NCBI GenBank assembly: GCA_905178155.1 | Contig: CAJINV010000001.1 | Location: 10,011,432-10,075,431 of the forward strand | From: Amoebophrya sp. A120 | Lineage: Eukaryota; Protista; Dinoflagellata | Direction: 5' to 3' | Length of the DNA stretch: 64,000 bases | In this document: positions 24,656 to 36,600 of the stretch, one piece after another | Position numbering within the stretch: the stretch's first letter is position 1 | How the letters are laid out: the number at the start of each line of letters is the position of its first letter | The notes under the pieces: model-generated | What the model was told of the DNA's origin: nothing | The model's input: only the letters and a program-made list of their open reading frames with translations | The model's database searches: none | Position numbers and translations under genes: made by a program

Positions 24656-25169
24656 GCAGGAAGGCTTGCAGGTTGCATCTTTAGCAAGCAAACAAAATGG
24701 GATGAAGTTTCAGTTTTCTTTTCCAAAAATATGTGCCCCTCCGTAAGCACACAATGTGCACTGCCCATGATGTAAGTACCTAAGTAGAAAGATATGAACT
24801 GGCAAGTCTATCATGAAGTAAAGCGGAGCGTCTGCATCTCCACCGCGATTGCTAAGTCCGGTGCTTCTACTCATGAAAGCCACACGTGTTCCGTATTTAC
24901 GTTGGAAACGATGCGTTTTTTCACGAAGAAGATTTTTCTGTTGTCAAAATCATTCCAAACTCAACTTCGCGTGACACCGCAATTCACACGACCAGGTCCA
25001 TTTCTTCTCAAATTTTCACATTTGCCTCGGAATTAGCTAAGTACCCATTGCATTTAGATTCAAGAGAGTAGAGACTAAAGTCAAGAAAAAATGCATAGTG
25101 CTGCAGACTGCTAGGTCTATATTGTAAACTTACTTGTTAGTTTCTGGACGACAACAATGAATCAGCAGC

Positions 25170-26663
25170 ATGGACGAGACGCTTTACAGCTACAAGCAGC
25201 GGCTCGACAGCATGAGCAACTTCATGTTGCGGGCCCTGCTGGAGGGGTTGAGTATGCAGCCGGGCCGCACGCGCCGCGCCATGATCCAGCAACTGATCCA
25301 GGTGAAGCGGCAGAGTGCCAAGCAAGAAAACCAAAACCAGGAAGAGGAAGGCAAAACATTATCACACGAAGTAAAGAATGGGGCTACAACCAGTTCCGGT
25401 GCCGCCGCTTCCTCAAGCACTAGAAAAAATGCATCAACCGGGAATGGGACCGCCGCGTCTTCGTCAAGCACCACGAGGAAACCAGGGAAAGCAGCAGGAA
25501 TTCAGCACAAGAGCACTGCCGTAGGGAACACGAGGAGCAAAACGAAAGACGATGATCCAGCAGCGGCGGCCCGTTTTTTTCTCGAGTATTGCGACCCGTT
25601 TTGTCCCGTAGAGGAAGTGGTACAATTCCAAGAGTTGCGGTTCCACAGACAGGCCGAGACGACGACACCCCGAGCTTGCCGGATTTCGTTCTTCTCCACC
25701 GAGACGGAGTTTGTGCACATACGATGTTGCCGCGTAGAGGGTGGAGCTGGTACTGACGTGATCAAAAATCGACCGCGTTTTGCGTGGCCGGCGAATGACG
25801 TGGAGATCGAGGTGGTGTCGCACAACAAAATGAGGAATCCTCGGCATTTCAAGAACGGACTTGCCAGTTCGAGTGGAAGCAACAGCGAGCCCGAAATAGA
25901 TGACGAAAATGACAGACAAGAAGAGCTCGTGATCGACGCGAGCGCGACTGCGAATCCACTTGAAGTCGCAGTTGTCGTGCCAGAGCAAAATGGTGTCGCG
26001 CCAGAAGCGGGAGATGACCACTACGCCGTCGCAGATGCCGTTCTGAGCACAGACCGCCTCTCTGTACGTGCTGCGGGTCGACCGAAGGCAACAAGCTTTT
26101 CTCTCGCTTTGAACGTGCGGGAACCATTCTTCGACGACCAGGCCAGCTACTTCGTGATGGTCTGTCGCGGTTCGCGAGACAACAACGTCGACGCTATTGT
26201 GAATTCGATGCTGTCTGCGAGGCGGCTCTGTGTGGTCTCCGAAGAACATGTGCCAGGTACTAGTGGGAATAAACGAGTTCATCCTGAAAGTGGTAAAAGC
26301 TACACCCCGCGGAATGGTAACAAAAAAGTAAAGTCTGGGGCAGCATCGTCGCTGGCTTCATCAGGCGGGCCCTCGTCGCGACGCAAAAAGCGCGAGAGCA
26401 CGGATAGCGTGATTCTGATCCAGGATGAGGATGCAGATGTGTGCCCCTTATCGTTGAGCGAAATCCAAGTCGCCGCCGTCGGGTCCAGGTGTCAGCACCG
26501 GTTTGACCTGAAATCGTTCCTGCAATATTCCCAAGCAAAGACTATTTTGCGTCGATTCTGCTGTCCCGTCTGTGACGACTTCCTTTTCTGCCCACGCTCG
26601 CAAGCGTATTGGGACGGAAATACGACTTTGAGTACAGCTTGGAGTCATGTCAAAGTTCTTTAA
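25170..26663 (+). CDS. Siz/PIAS-like SUMO E3 ligase (SAP-like N-terminus, SP-RING/zf-MIZ C-terminus)
   Basis: CPLSLSEIQVAAVGSRCQHRFDLKSFL...CCPVCD matches the SP-RING pattern; N-terminal LDSMSNFMLRALLEGLSMQPGRTRRAMIQQL is SAP-like. Confidence 0.8.
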   Translation: MDETLYSYKQRLDSMSNFMLRALLEGLSMQPGRTRRAMIQQLIQVKRQSAKQENQNQEEEGKTLSHEVKNGATTSSGAAASSSTRKNASTGNGTAASSSSTTRKPGKAAGIQHKSTAVGNTRSKTKDDDPAAAARFFLEYCDPFCPVEEVVQFQELRFHRQAETTTPRACRISFFSTETEFVHIRCCRVEGGAGTDVIKNRPRFAWPANDVEIEVVSHNKMRNPRHFKNGLASSSGSNSEPEIDDENDRQEELVIDASATANPLEVAVVVPEQNGVAPEAGDDHYAVADAVLSTDRLSVRAAGRPKATSFSLALNVREPFFDDQASYFVMVCRGSRDNNVDAIVNSMLSARRLCVVSEEHVPGTSGNKRVHPESGKSYTPRNGNKKVKSGAASSLASSGGPSSRRKKRESTDSVILIQDEDADVCPLSLSEIQVAAVGSRCQHRFDLKSFLQYSQAKTILRRFCCPVCDDFLFCPRSQAYWDGNTTLSTAWSHVKVL

Positions 26664-27242
26664 ATGCGCAGTCGCAGGAGTCCTCAAAATTAATGATTTG
26701 CAACAAGCAAGAAGCATCGCATTCCTTTTCGTGGGAAACCGGATGGATTCCCTGTATCATGTGCACGTGCATCGGGTGTTCATCGTTATGCCAGTCAAGA
26801 GGAAATCGAAATACGGTTGCAGTTGTGTCTACATCGTACGTCGTCTGTGGCTGAAAAGCCCAATCATGAATCTCGTAGAACGATCTCGTAGAGATCGTGC
26901 GACATGAAATTCAGAGGTTAACAAGGATGACACAGATCACGGCGCTATGATCCTGATCCTGATCTTAGAGGATTGGTTCGAGGCAAAGGCTTTCTGTGTG
27001 TGTTGATTCTGTTTTTTTGCTACAGTGATCACGAAAGCACCACCAACAATACGTTCACCCACGAGAGATCAGGTCTCTTGACGACGCTGGAGAGAGATTG
27101 CTTGCCCAGGGCGCAGCTCCATGGAAGCACGTTTTTACGAAGAGAGAGCCTTGTTGTTTGTCGCTTTTTCTATGACACCATCGAACGACTAGATCCAAAG
27201 TTCCTGCGCTCGCTCCAAGCTCGACGCAAGGGCTACAACAGA

Positions 27243-29873
27243 ATGAAGCTTTTGGTCGTCTTTCATGTGCTACTCTCCTGGATCTCCTTCGTCTGTGTTG
27301 CGCAGGTGCACGGACAGGAGCATCTGTCGTTCGAGAGTGGCGCCTCAGTACGACCAGTTGCTGACGATGAGAACCCACGTGCGTACCTGATACCGGATAA
27401 GGTGGCAAAAAACAACGATGGAACGGCTCCTTTGCCGCCTCCAAAGCCGAAGTATGATTTTGCGCACCGGACCTTTGTGCGGATGCGCACGAAACCGCGG
27501 CTGATAGCGGATCAGATACCGCCGGTGGACATGACCTTTTTCGTCGACTACCGATCTGAGGACCTCTGGCGCATTGACTACTTCAACTTTTTGCAGGTGG
27601 ACTACCACTTGGGAGGAGGGAGCAGCGCTACGACAAACGCGACATCGGAAAGCCCGCAGAGTGGCCCTAGACAAGGGAATGGTGGGTTTTTTGCTACGTC
27701 CACCGCCTCGTCATCAGCAGTTCGAGAAGAGAGTCAGGGGAATGCCTATGCTAGAAACGGAGAGCTGCTGCTTGACGGTGCTGCCAAGGACAGCAGCGAG
27801 GTAGGAGCGGCCGGTTCTAGGAGGCAAAAAACCGATGGCCGACAAGGGATTGTTCAGACTGTTTTTGGTGCTGGCACTACAACTGCAGACAAGAGCACAC
27901 ATAAAGAAAAAGAAACTAAAACCGCCTCTGACAAAAGTACGTCTGAAAAGACGAAATCCAAAAAGCGAAAAAACTACAAGTACTTATACAAGAACGGGGC
28001 CCGGGCGTGCATTACCGAGGACGAGAGTGCGGAGACCCATGCGGGCGGCGGCAGTTCCTGGTACAAGTTGGAACTGTTTCCGGATCTCACGAACTACACC
28101 TTCACGGGCACGCTCGTTGTGAACGATATCCTCTGCCATGAGTGGACTTCCGGTGTGCCCCGGGACGAAGTTTCGGTCGACAAGGGCGGGTATTTGAAGT
28201 TCTACACAGATGCGACTAGCACGGTGTCGTCGACGACCCGTGCGAGAGATGGTGCGGCAGCAAAGAATGGAACTACAAGTACACCAGAGATGACCTCCAC
28301 ATCAGTACCAGTCGGCGCGCCGGTGAAGTGGCTGGCGTTTCGTGCACGAAATCCAGCGTTTGATGCGCATACCGACGTGTGGGAGATGGACTACTTGCTC
28401 TTCGAGCCGTCCTACGATCCTGAAAACATGTTCGACATCCAATCGCAACTTCGAGTTTTCGACCTGCCGAAGGAGTGCGCGGAGAACCCCATCGTGTTTC
28501 CGTCCATGTCGCTCAAGTTTGGAATCGGGAAGAGGCAGGAACCGATCGAAATACGAGGAAGCAAAGTACATGCGGAAGAAGAGGCACGAGTAGAGGCAGC
28601 AACCCCAACTACATCATTTTCCGAATTGTACGACCGAACTAGTGCGCACGGTCATAGGCTTGACCCTGTGGTGCGACTCGGGCAAATGCTGGCGGAAAAA
28701 ACAGTTGCCGAGGAGCAAATGACATTGTGGCTTGCTCCTCGAGAAGAAGAAGAGCTAAGGTTTTTGCTACAGCATCCGGATGTCCACGACCACTTGTTTC
28801 GTCACAGAGGAAACCTGCCTGTCGAAACGGAGGAAACACTGCGAACTTGGCACCGGCAGGTCTTTGGTAAAATTGAATCTGAACTACTGCCACATGAGAG
28901 AGGCGCTGTCTCTGGTAATGCGCACATTAGTACTTCTTTGGTCGTCCCTCCACTGCCTCTACACGAAGAAGCTACAACGACGCTGGAGCAGCAAAAGAGA
29001 GAAGATGAAAAACAGAGCCAAAACCAGCAGAAAGAACAATCCGAAGATGATTCACCTTCATCCCTGGACGCTGACGAGCAGCCGCTGTTGGGCCGTATCG
29101 GGGTGTTCACGCCCGGGTTAGGACTAAAGCGGGAGAAGAACGGGGTTCAAGTCGTGTTTGTGAAAAACGGCACGGTTTTTCCCGTGCTCCCCAGCTTCTA
29201 CGATTTGCGGTTTCTCCTCGGGCCCGTGAAGGACCAGGGCATTTGCGGGAGCTGCTGGAGCTTCGCGTTTATGGCGCCGGTCGAGGCGCAGCTGGCCAGC
29301 CGCGGGCAGCAGGTGGACAGCCCGGGGGGTCTCAGCGAGCAGTTCATTCTGGACTGCGCGTGGGGCCCGGGCTCGCACGCCTGCGACGGCGGAAACGCGG
29401 GCGCGTCGGCGCTGATCGACATCCCGATTCCCGACGCCACCGCCTACGGGGGCTACCTGTCCGTCGCCGGCCGCTGTCACACGCCCCTGCGCAGTCGGGC
29501 CGTGGCCACCTACTGGATCCTGGTGCCGGCGTTTCAGAATCTCGCCACCCGCGTCCGGACGGTTAAAGAGGCTTTGTTTCGCAAAGGGGTGCTGAGTGTC
29601 GTGCTCCAGGCCGTGCCCGAGGTGCTGTACTACGCCGGCGGGGTCATCGACGCGGAATCTTGCGAGAGCGTAAAACTAGAAGACACGGACCACGCCGTCG
29701 CACTTACCGGCTTCGAGGACGGCAGCGCGAAGCCCAGCTGGTCGCTGCGCAACTCCTGGTCCACGGCCTGGGGGGAGCTGGGCTACTTCCGCATGTCCCA
29801 ACAGCGGGATTGTGGCGTCACTTTGGGCGCTGCCTACCCTAAAGTGAAGGAGGATAGTACTACACAAGGGTGA
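27243..29873 (+). CDS. Papain-family (C1A) cysteine protease with a long N-terminal extension
   Basis: Signal MKLLVVFHVLLSWISFVCVA; VKDQGICGSCWSF, LSEQFILDC, TDHAV and LRNSWSTAWGELGYF give intact catalytic Q/C/H/N. Confidence 0.93.
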   Translation: MKLLVVFHVLLSWISFVCVAQVHGQEHLSFESGASVRPVADDENPRAYLIPDKVAKNNDGTAPLPPPKPKYDFAHRTFVRMRTKPRLIADQIPPVDMTFFVDYRSEDLWRIDYFNFLQVDYHLGGGSSATTNATSESPQSGPRQGNGGFFATSTASSSAVREESQGNAYARNGELLLDGAAKDSSEVGAAGSRRQKTDGRQGIVQTVFGAGTTTADKSTHKEKETKTASDKSTSEKTKSKKRKNYKYLYKNGARACITEDESAETHAGGGSSWYKLELFPDLTNYTFTGTLVVNDILCHEWTSGVPRDEVSVDKGGYLKFYTDATSTVSSTTRARDGAAAKNGTTSTPEMTSTSVPVGAPVKWLAFRARNPAFDAHTDVWEMDYLLFEPSYDPENMFDIQSQLRVFDLPKECAENPIVFPSMSLKFGIGKRQEPIEIRGSKVHAEEEARVEAATPTTSFSELYDRTSAHGHRLDPVVRLGQMLAEKTVAEEQMTLWLAPREEEELRFLLQHPDVHDHLFRHRGNLPVETEETLRTWHRQVFGKIESELLPHERGAVSGNAHISTSLVVPPLPLHEEATTTLEQQKREDEKQSQNQQKEQSEDDSPSSLDADEQPLLGRIGVFTPGLGLKREKNGVQVVFVKNGTVFPVLPSFYDLRFLLGPVKDQGICGSCWSFAFMAPVEAQLASRGQQVDSPGGLSEQFILDCAWGPGSHACDGGNAGASALIDIPIPDATAYGGYLSVAGRCHTPLRSRAVATYWILVPAFQNLATRVRTVKEALFRKGVLSVVLQAVPEVLYYAGGVIDAESCESVKLEDTDHAVALTGFEDGSAKPSWSLRNSWSTAWGELGYFRMSQQRDCGVTLGAAYPKVKEDSTTQG

Positions 29874-30446
29874 CTCGACATGGGCAAAGTTACCTTTTGC
29901 ATCTGTAGCCTGCATCACGTGGCAGCAAATGAAATTTGCGTAACGCTAAACAAAAAATCAACGCGGGCAGGCATCGATAATGCCGGCGGACTTGTTGTGT
30001 TTTGAGTTCGGGCATCATCTTCAAGCATTTCCGCGGTCCAAGACTGGTTTCTTTTCTTTTCTGTCGAGGGTTGCGTCGGCAGGCACGCAGTCGAGAGCGA
30101 GAGTGAGCTGCAAAGTGGCGCAAAAGCAAAAGGTGAATATGAATATCTTTGATCAAGGACATGGCGATTCTACACGCTTTTTTTTGCGATCTCTAATGGA
30201 GCGATGGAGCGATTGTCCTGTAGGGTGGAGTTTCTCTGGAACTTGGCTGATGCCTTAGTATTTTCCGACACCCGGAGCTCTTTCCAGCACAAATTTTGCA
30301 AAAGCATCAGCAGGAGCTGTGGACGAGGCCCTGCGGCCCTCACAAAAACATTAGTTTTCTGACAGCATCGTCCTCGTTCTTCATTTTTCGCACCGGGTTG
30401 GATAACGCTTAAATCGTAGGAAGAACGCCCACATAACGAACACAAA

Positions 30447-32698
30447 ATGGACTCTGCGATTTCGCAGTTGTTCCACGAGTGGGCGGATCCCACGTCTACG
30501 CCGGTCGCGGTCACCTTTCCCGACTTGTGTTGCTTACTTCGGTGGTACGCGGTGTTCGACCCGCGCAACCTGACGCACCTGGACCTGCTCGCGCTGTGGG
30601 ACCTGCTGGCCGACGACCTGGGTCTCGGCGACGATGAACAGGTGATGTTCGAGGAGGAGCTGTTTCCGTTTCTGCTGAAAAAGGTCGCCGCCATTTTGTA
30701 CGACCACGAACCTGTGGAAGAAGGGACCAACGAAGATTGGCTCTGCGAACAGCTGCTGAACGACTTGGCGCTCGCCGCACCGCAGTTTCGGAATCCCGAG
30801 CATGAGCGACGCGCCAGGGACCAGATGCGAAGGTATGAAGAATGATAGAGAAACCGAAACGAAAACGAAATCGAAATAGACAAGCCTACTAGAAGGCCCC
30901 CTCTTGTTCCCTTTGTAAAGACACATACGAAATATGAAAAAAGAAACCTTACAGGTTTTTCGGTCCAGTGTTCGAGAGTGAGAACCTGGAGGCTGCGTAC
31001 GACCACGGCGGCGCTCTGGCGGCGATTTTTACGCACTACGTAGAAACCACGACCGAAAATGAAGACGAAGACGAATTTCTTTCCACGCAGCGCCTAGAGC
31101 GCATGTGTCTGGATTTGGCGGTCCTGCCGACGTTGGTGACGCACGACACCTTTCTGCAGGTGGTGCACCAGTACGGGGAAGAAAGCTACGACTTCGGACA
31201 GTTTGTGGAGGTTTTCCTGGCGCTGTTGCTCTCCTGTGAGGATGAGGTGGAAATGCCGATCGTTTTCCCTGGCACGACGACGACCGGTGTTGAGCAAACA
31301 GGAGAAGCTGGCTCGAAGAAAGCAGGTCCGACGGTGTTGAGTGGCGCCATGAGTGTACCGGAGTTGCTGGAATCGCTGAAAATTCCAGTCAACGCCGAGT
31401 ACGAGAAGCAGCAGCACCGGCTGCCGTTTTTGAAGAAGCTGCAGGAAACCGAGGCGGCGGATGATGAGGTCGCCGCGCTAGCGGCACTCGCTGAGGCGGA
31501 CAAGCTGTTCGAGCCGCTCCCGCCCGCGTGCGACGCGGTGCGGCTGGGGAAGGACGACTTCACGGAGCAAGAGCTGGCCGGGATGCCGATGCAGCCGCCG
31601 CCCATCGAGGAGGTGATCGCGAAAGCGCACGCACCGAAGGCGAAAGGGAAGAAGGGCAAAAAGAAAAAGAAGAAGGGCGACACACCGGCGTTCCCCCGTC
31701 CGGAGGCTGGTACGTGCGTCTGGATGACCAAGCGACCGCTGAAGGAACCGGTCACGAAGCCTCCGCAGTGGGACCTGTTCCAAACCGGGGTGAGCGAATC
31801 GCTGGCGTCCCGCCAGAAGCTGCGGAGCAACTACGTCGCGAATTGGCTCTTGCGCCCGTCGCTCATCGACGAGCCGCTCGACCGGCCGGACGAAGCGATT
31901 TTCCATCCCTCAGCGCTGGCGCTCGTGGAGACGGGGTCCCAGCACCGCAACCGCGGGAATCTGCATGCCGCGTTTTTTTCGTTTTGGAAAGCGCTGGAGA
32001 TCGAGCGTGGAAAATTGCGTGCCGGCGACGACAAAAGCAAACCCTTTTGGGAGCCGACGTACACGGAGCAGGTGGACGTGATTGCGATCCTGCGCGAGCT
32101 GATTCACTTCGTCGAGCAGCCCTTCTCTGCCGCCAGTGCGGGCGGGGGAGGCGCGAGTACTGCGCTAAAAGAAGTTGAAACTTTTCTGCTCCTGTCCCTC
32201 GCAACGATCGCCACGGGCTTGTACCTGGACGCGCTGGCGGTCACGCTGGCGTTTGCGGTTTGGAAGAAATTAAGAAACGCGAGTCGCGAACTGGATGTGC
32301 TCGCCCGGAAACAGCTCGGAACGGTTCTGTTCCGCCAGGGCGCGTACAAACTTGCAGCCCGGAACTTTCTGACCGTCGTGAAAATGCAGGAGGCCATGCT
32401 GGGCGACTGCGATGTGGCTCTCGCGGCCTCTTACAACAACCTTGCTACCGCATACATGCACCTGACGCCCTTTCCGCGGAACCGCGAGGCCGTCGCCTAT
32501 TTCACGCTGGGCGCAAAACTGATGAAGCTCTTCGCGGAACCCACGCACCCTGGGCAGCCGGTGTTCGTACGAAATTTGGAACGCGCACAAGAAGCGTCTC
32601 GGGGCACACGATTCGCAGTGAAGCCGCACTTGTGGTACATCAGTTTGCCGGGAAAGCCAGCGAAAGGGAAAAAGAAAGGCAAGAAAAAGAAAAAGTAA
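30447..32698 (+). CDS. TPR-containing protein with degenerate EF-hand-like region and Lys-rich tracts; 2 exons
   Basis: Intron 30833-30954 keeps frame; LGTVLFRQGAYKLA and LAASYNNLATAY are TPR-like; KGKKGKKKKK-type tracts internally and at the C-terminus. Confidence 0.75.
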
Positions 32699-33632
32699 AC
32701 AGTGAGTAAGTGGGGCGCGCTTTTGAATAGATTTGCAGATGCGAAACGCGGCGCTTTGTATCGTCTTCGTTTTTGTGCTGAAATTGAGTGAGAAGCAAAA
32801 CAAGCAGATAGCGCCTCTTAAGGTAAGTGCGGTAGCCGACTTGACGTTGTCTTGTTCTCGTGGTTCTTGTTTCTTAGTATGGAGGTGAAGCTTTCAAAAC
32901 TTTTTTTTTGGTTTCTGTTTGTTCTGTTTACTCTACCCTCGCATGCGCTGCCTGGTTGATCATGTTTTTCAGATCGTGTCTTTTTTGGTTTCATGCCTTG
33001 AGATTCGAGCAAAGGGTTGGTTTTATGCCTTGATCACGCAGTCGTTCGTGCATTTGGTTCCATTCGCAGGACGATCTGTGACTTGCACTTACTCTCTGCA
33101 GTTGATCTCAAATTTTGGAAATATGCGGTGTCCTTTTTTGAAGCACATTCAGAATGATCACGATCAAGTCTGAGGTCTGCATTACGTAACCCTCCTCCAT
33201 TCGGGATTTGATATCGCTAGAAAAAACTGGAACTGCAAGGAGGTATTTCTTTGGCTTCTTACGATACAGGAGCTTTTACACCACCAGTGCAGCCGACGGG
33301 AAAACAAAGAGCGCGGCAAAAGAAGAATGGAACTGGTACAATGCTCTGAACGAACGAGCGGTCGGAACAAATGTGGGCAAGCCGTGGCCGACGACGGTGG
33401 TGCAAATTTTGACGCAACAGGCTTTTGCAAAAAGAGCCACGTGGCGTCGACATTAGACCTTCGAGCACCCCGAGGTCCGCGACCATGTCTTCGCATTGTT
33501 CAGCAACGAAAAATTGTGGTGAAGAGCAGAGGGCTTCTACGCTCCCGGAGGAAATTATGGCCTCTCGCGCGAAGTCTACTTCTTTGTACGCAAGAGGGCC
33601 CCGGACGAGCCACGGCATCGCGAAGCAAGTTC

Positions 33633-36600
33633 ATGTTGGTCGCAGCGGCTCTGGTTTCGATCTTCACTGCGCTGAGCGTTCTGCTCGCGCTTCTGACAAC
33701 CGTTGCCGACGCGATTTTTATCGACTACGACTGCGCTTTCGGGTCCTACACCTACGACTGGACCGCAATTTACGACATGATCATGAAAGACTTTCTCGGC
33801 TCCGGTCGCCAGTCCATGGAGATTCCCGCGTTTGTCAGCCAAAATGTGGTCCAACTGTTGGACAAGGGCAAGCGCGAGTGCCCCCTGGGCGCCATGCAGA
33901 TCGCGCTCATGTTTTACTACTACACGCTGAGGGACTACGAAAATTCCATACTGAAACTCGTTGTCGGGGTGAGACGCGAAATCCTGAAGTTTAGCAGCGG
34001 CACACTGGATTTGAACCTTGCAATATCCGAGATTCGCGAAGAACTGCGCTCGCTGCAACAAAGCGAAGCAGCAAAACTGTCGTCCGACGCAGCAAGCACT
34101 GCTGCAATACCGGATGATGCAACGAGTCTTGCGAACACAACGTTTTTGGCCCCGCAACTGAACCTTCCAACAGAAGAGGAGCTCGACAGAATTCTCAAGC
34201 CGGAGTTCCACCCGAAGATAAAAATCAGCAAAACGGTGATGGCCGAATCGGTCGAACTCGTGAAGGAGACAACCGTGAAGTTCAAATTGCCCAACGCGAC
34301 GACTATATCGGTCGTCGCGCCGCATGTCTGGCGAGAGGCGCTGCTGAACGAGCTGGGTAGAGAACCGAAAGAGAAGGAGCTTTACCTAGACGCACTTGCG
34401 TTCATGCTGCAGTACTTTCAGTCCCGCAACGGGCTGAAGTGGGAAGATTTTGCCGCCGACGTGCTGAATTTTGTCGACGCAACTCCCAAAAGAAGTGCAG
34501 CTGCGACAAAAAGTACCTCTGAATCTTCAGATGCCGCCAAATCGCTTGCGGGCGGCGAGCACGGCGACGTCGTGTTGAAGCTTTTCTACTACCTGGCGAT
34601 GACTCTAGATCGTTTTTTCGACGTTGTCAACGCCGCTGACTCGCAGCTGCGGCCCGGGAGTCTGAAGGACAAGCTGAAGATTCTGATGCTGGTTCTGCAG
34701 GAGCTGGGAAATGTTGACGAGCTGAGTACGCTGGATTTCGCGCGCCGCGAAAGGCTCTTGTCCGACGTGTTTGTGTACTCCCGTGCGGATCACAAGGACC
34801 TCGCCAAGACCGACACCGGCATTCCGCTGAAGCACGAGATGCGGGGGAACACCACGCGCCCCCAGCGGGGGAGCAACTACCACGTTCGGACGCAGCTGCA
34901 GGACCCGCAACTGGGGTTTATCGACAGCGAATACGAGTGGCTGGTGAACGAGGAGATCTTGGCAAACCAGGGGAGTTTGGACCCGCAGGAAATGGAGTGG
35001 GTGGAGGTGGACACGTCCAGCCACATCAAAGCGCCGCCTCTGGTCTTCCGACGGTTGTACCCAAACGTCGACCCCAATTTTGACCACGAAGCCGGGCTGG
35101 CGAACGAAGCAAAAAAAGCGGAGAAGCTTCCGGACTTGAGCTACACGCACTTGAGTTCCGCCCTTCGCTGGTTCTCGAACGACTTCTTGAAGCAGATGAG
35201 CGTCGCGCACCCACTGATCCAACAGTGCATCACCGAGATTTCCTACTATTCGGACCTGATCCAGGTCATGCTGCAGCAATATTCGGTCACGATTCTAGCC
35301 GAATCCCGGTGGCCCATTTTCGAGGGCTTGACACTGCACCAATGGAACCACGGAGTATCAAAAGAGTACTTGTGTACGGAGATGGGCGACAAAAAAGGGT
35401 TGTTGCCCTGGAACGAGGTGCGCGTTCGGCTCGGGGAGTGGTCGCAGGTGAAAAGTTTGAAGATCCAGTATCCGGGGAATGAAGAAATTGACGAAATCAA
35501 CCTGGAGCTGGAGCGGTACACGGCGGAAGTCGTGCAGGCGACCTTGGGAAGTAAAGCCATGCACGCCCAGTCCGAGGTGGAATGTCCCTTGGCGTTGATG
35601 CTGGTAGCCTGTATCGAAATCTCCAGCGCGGCCAATCGCTACAGCGAGTACGTGCCGAATTTCGAAGCCCCGGTGAATATGATGTTCGAGACATTGAACT
35701 GGCAGCGGATCAGCGCTGCGGGGTGGCCGATATGGCAGACGCTGGTGTACTATTCGGACATCAACAAGGGAGAATTTCTCTTCTCGCCCGACAAGAAGTA
35801 CAGCCGCAAGTTCTTGGACCTCGATTTGCGCGACAACGAACTGAATTTGTACGACTACGAAAATCACCAGTTTGGGGATCTGCAGGCCCTCCGAACGGCG
35901 CCGAGCCTGGGCGCCTGGGGTGGGCACGTGCGCAGCATTTTACTGCGCAAGCTCGCGGAGCCCGAGTTCCAGCTGCGGCCGATCTTTGTCAAGGTGCTCA
36001 ACGCGATCGCGGTGGCGCTCGGGTTCGAACGGCTGCTGGAAACCGACAGCGACACCGCGGACGCGGGGGAGGTGTACTGCGGAAATTTTTTCGAGGAGCA
36101 CTATTTGAAGGCGCTGGAGGCGCGGGACCGCATGCGCGCCGCGGGGCCGAACGGGGCCCACGTCGCCTCCTCGCTCGACGCGAAGATCGCCGGGTATGAT
36201 AAGCTGATCACGGAAAACATTCTCGCACGGGACCACATCAAGCTGCCCGGCGTGAAGAAAGTCGACGGTAGCGTGGCCGTGACCGATGACCGCAGTCTCG
36301 AGCAGCTGGTGGAACCGGAAGTGAAAAACCACCCGCTGCCGGTGATTTTCCGCGAAGAGGCCATTCTGGTCGACAAGGGGCCATTATTGAATTACCTGTT
36401 CCAGCAGGAGTTCGGCTTGGAGTGCGGGGGGTCCGGCGTCTCCATGAGCGACTGCGTCCAGGAACGCGGCTGCTGTATCGCGCGCGCCGATCCTCGTGCC
36501 GCTGCCGCGAAATCCCGGAGCGCCGAGGAAGCGGCGCAAAGCGGCGACGAGCTGTCGGACCGGCAGAAAAAGCTGAAAGAGTTCCAGCCGAACCAGAGCA

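Noticed and set aside
33208-33632. Separate small gene or N-terminal extension before the glycosyltransferase
   Set aside because: No motif or convincing exon structure; ATG 33633 directly precedes a good signal peptide.
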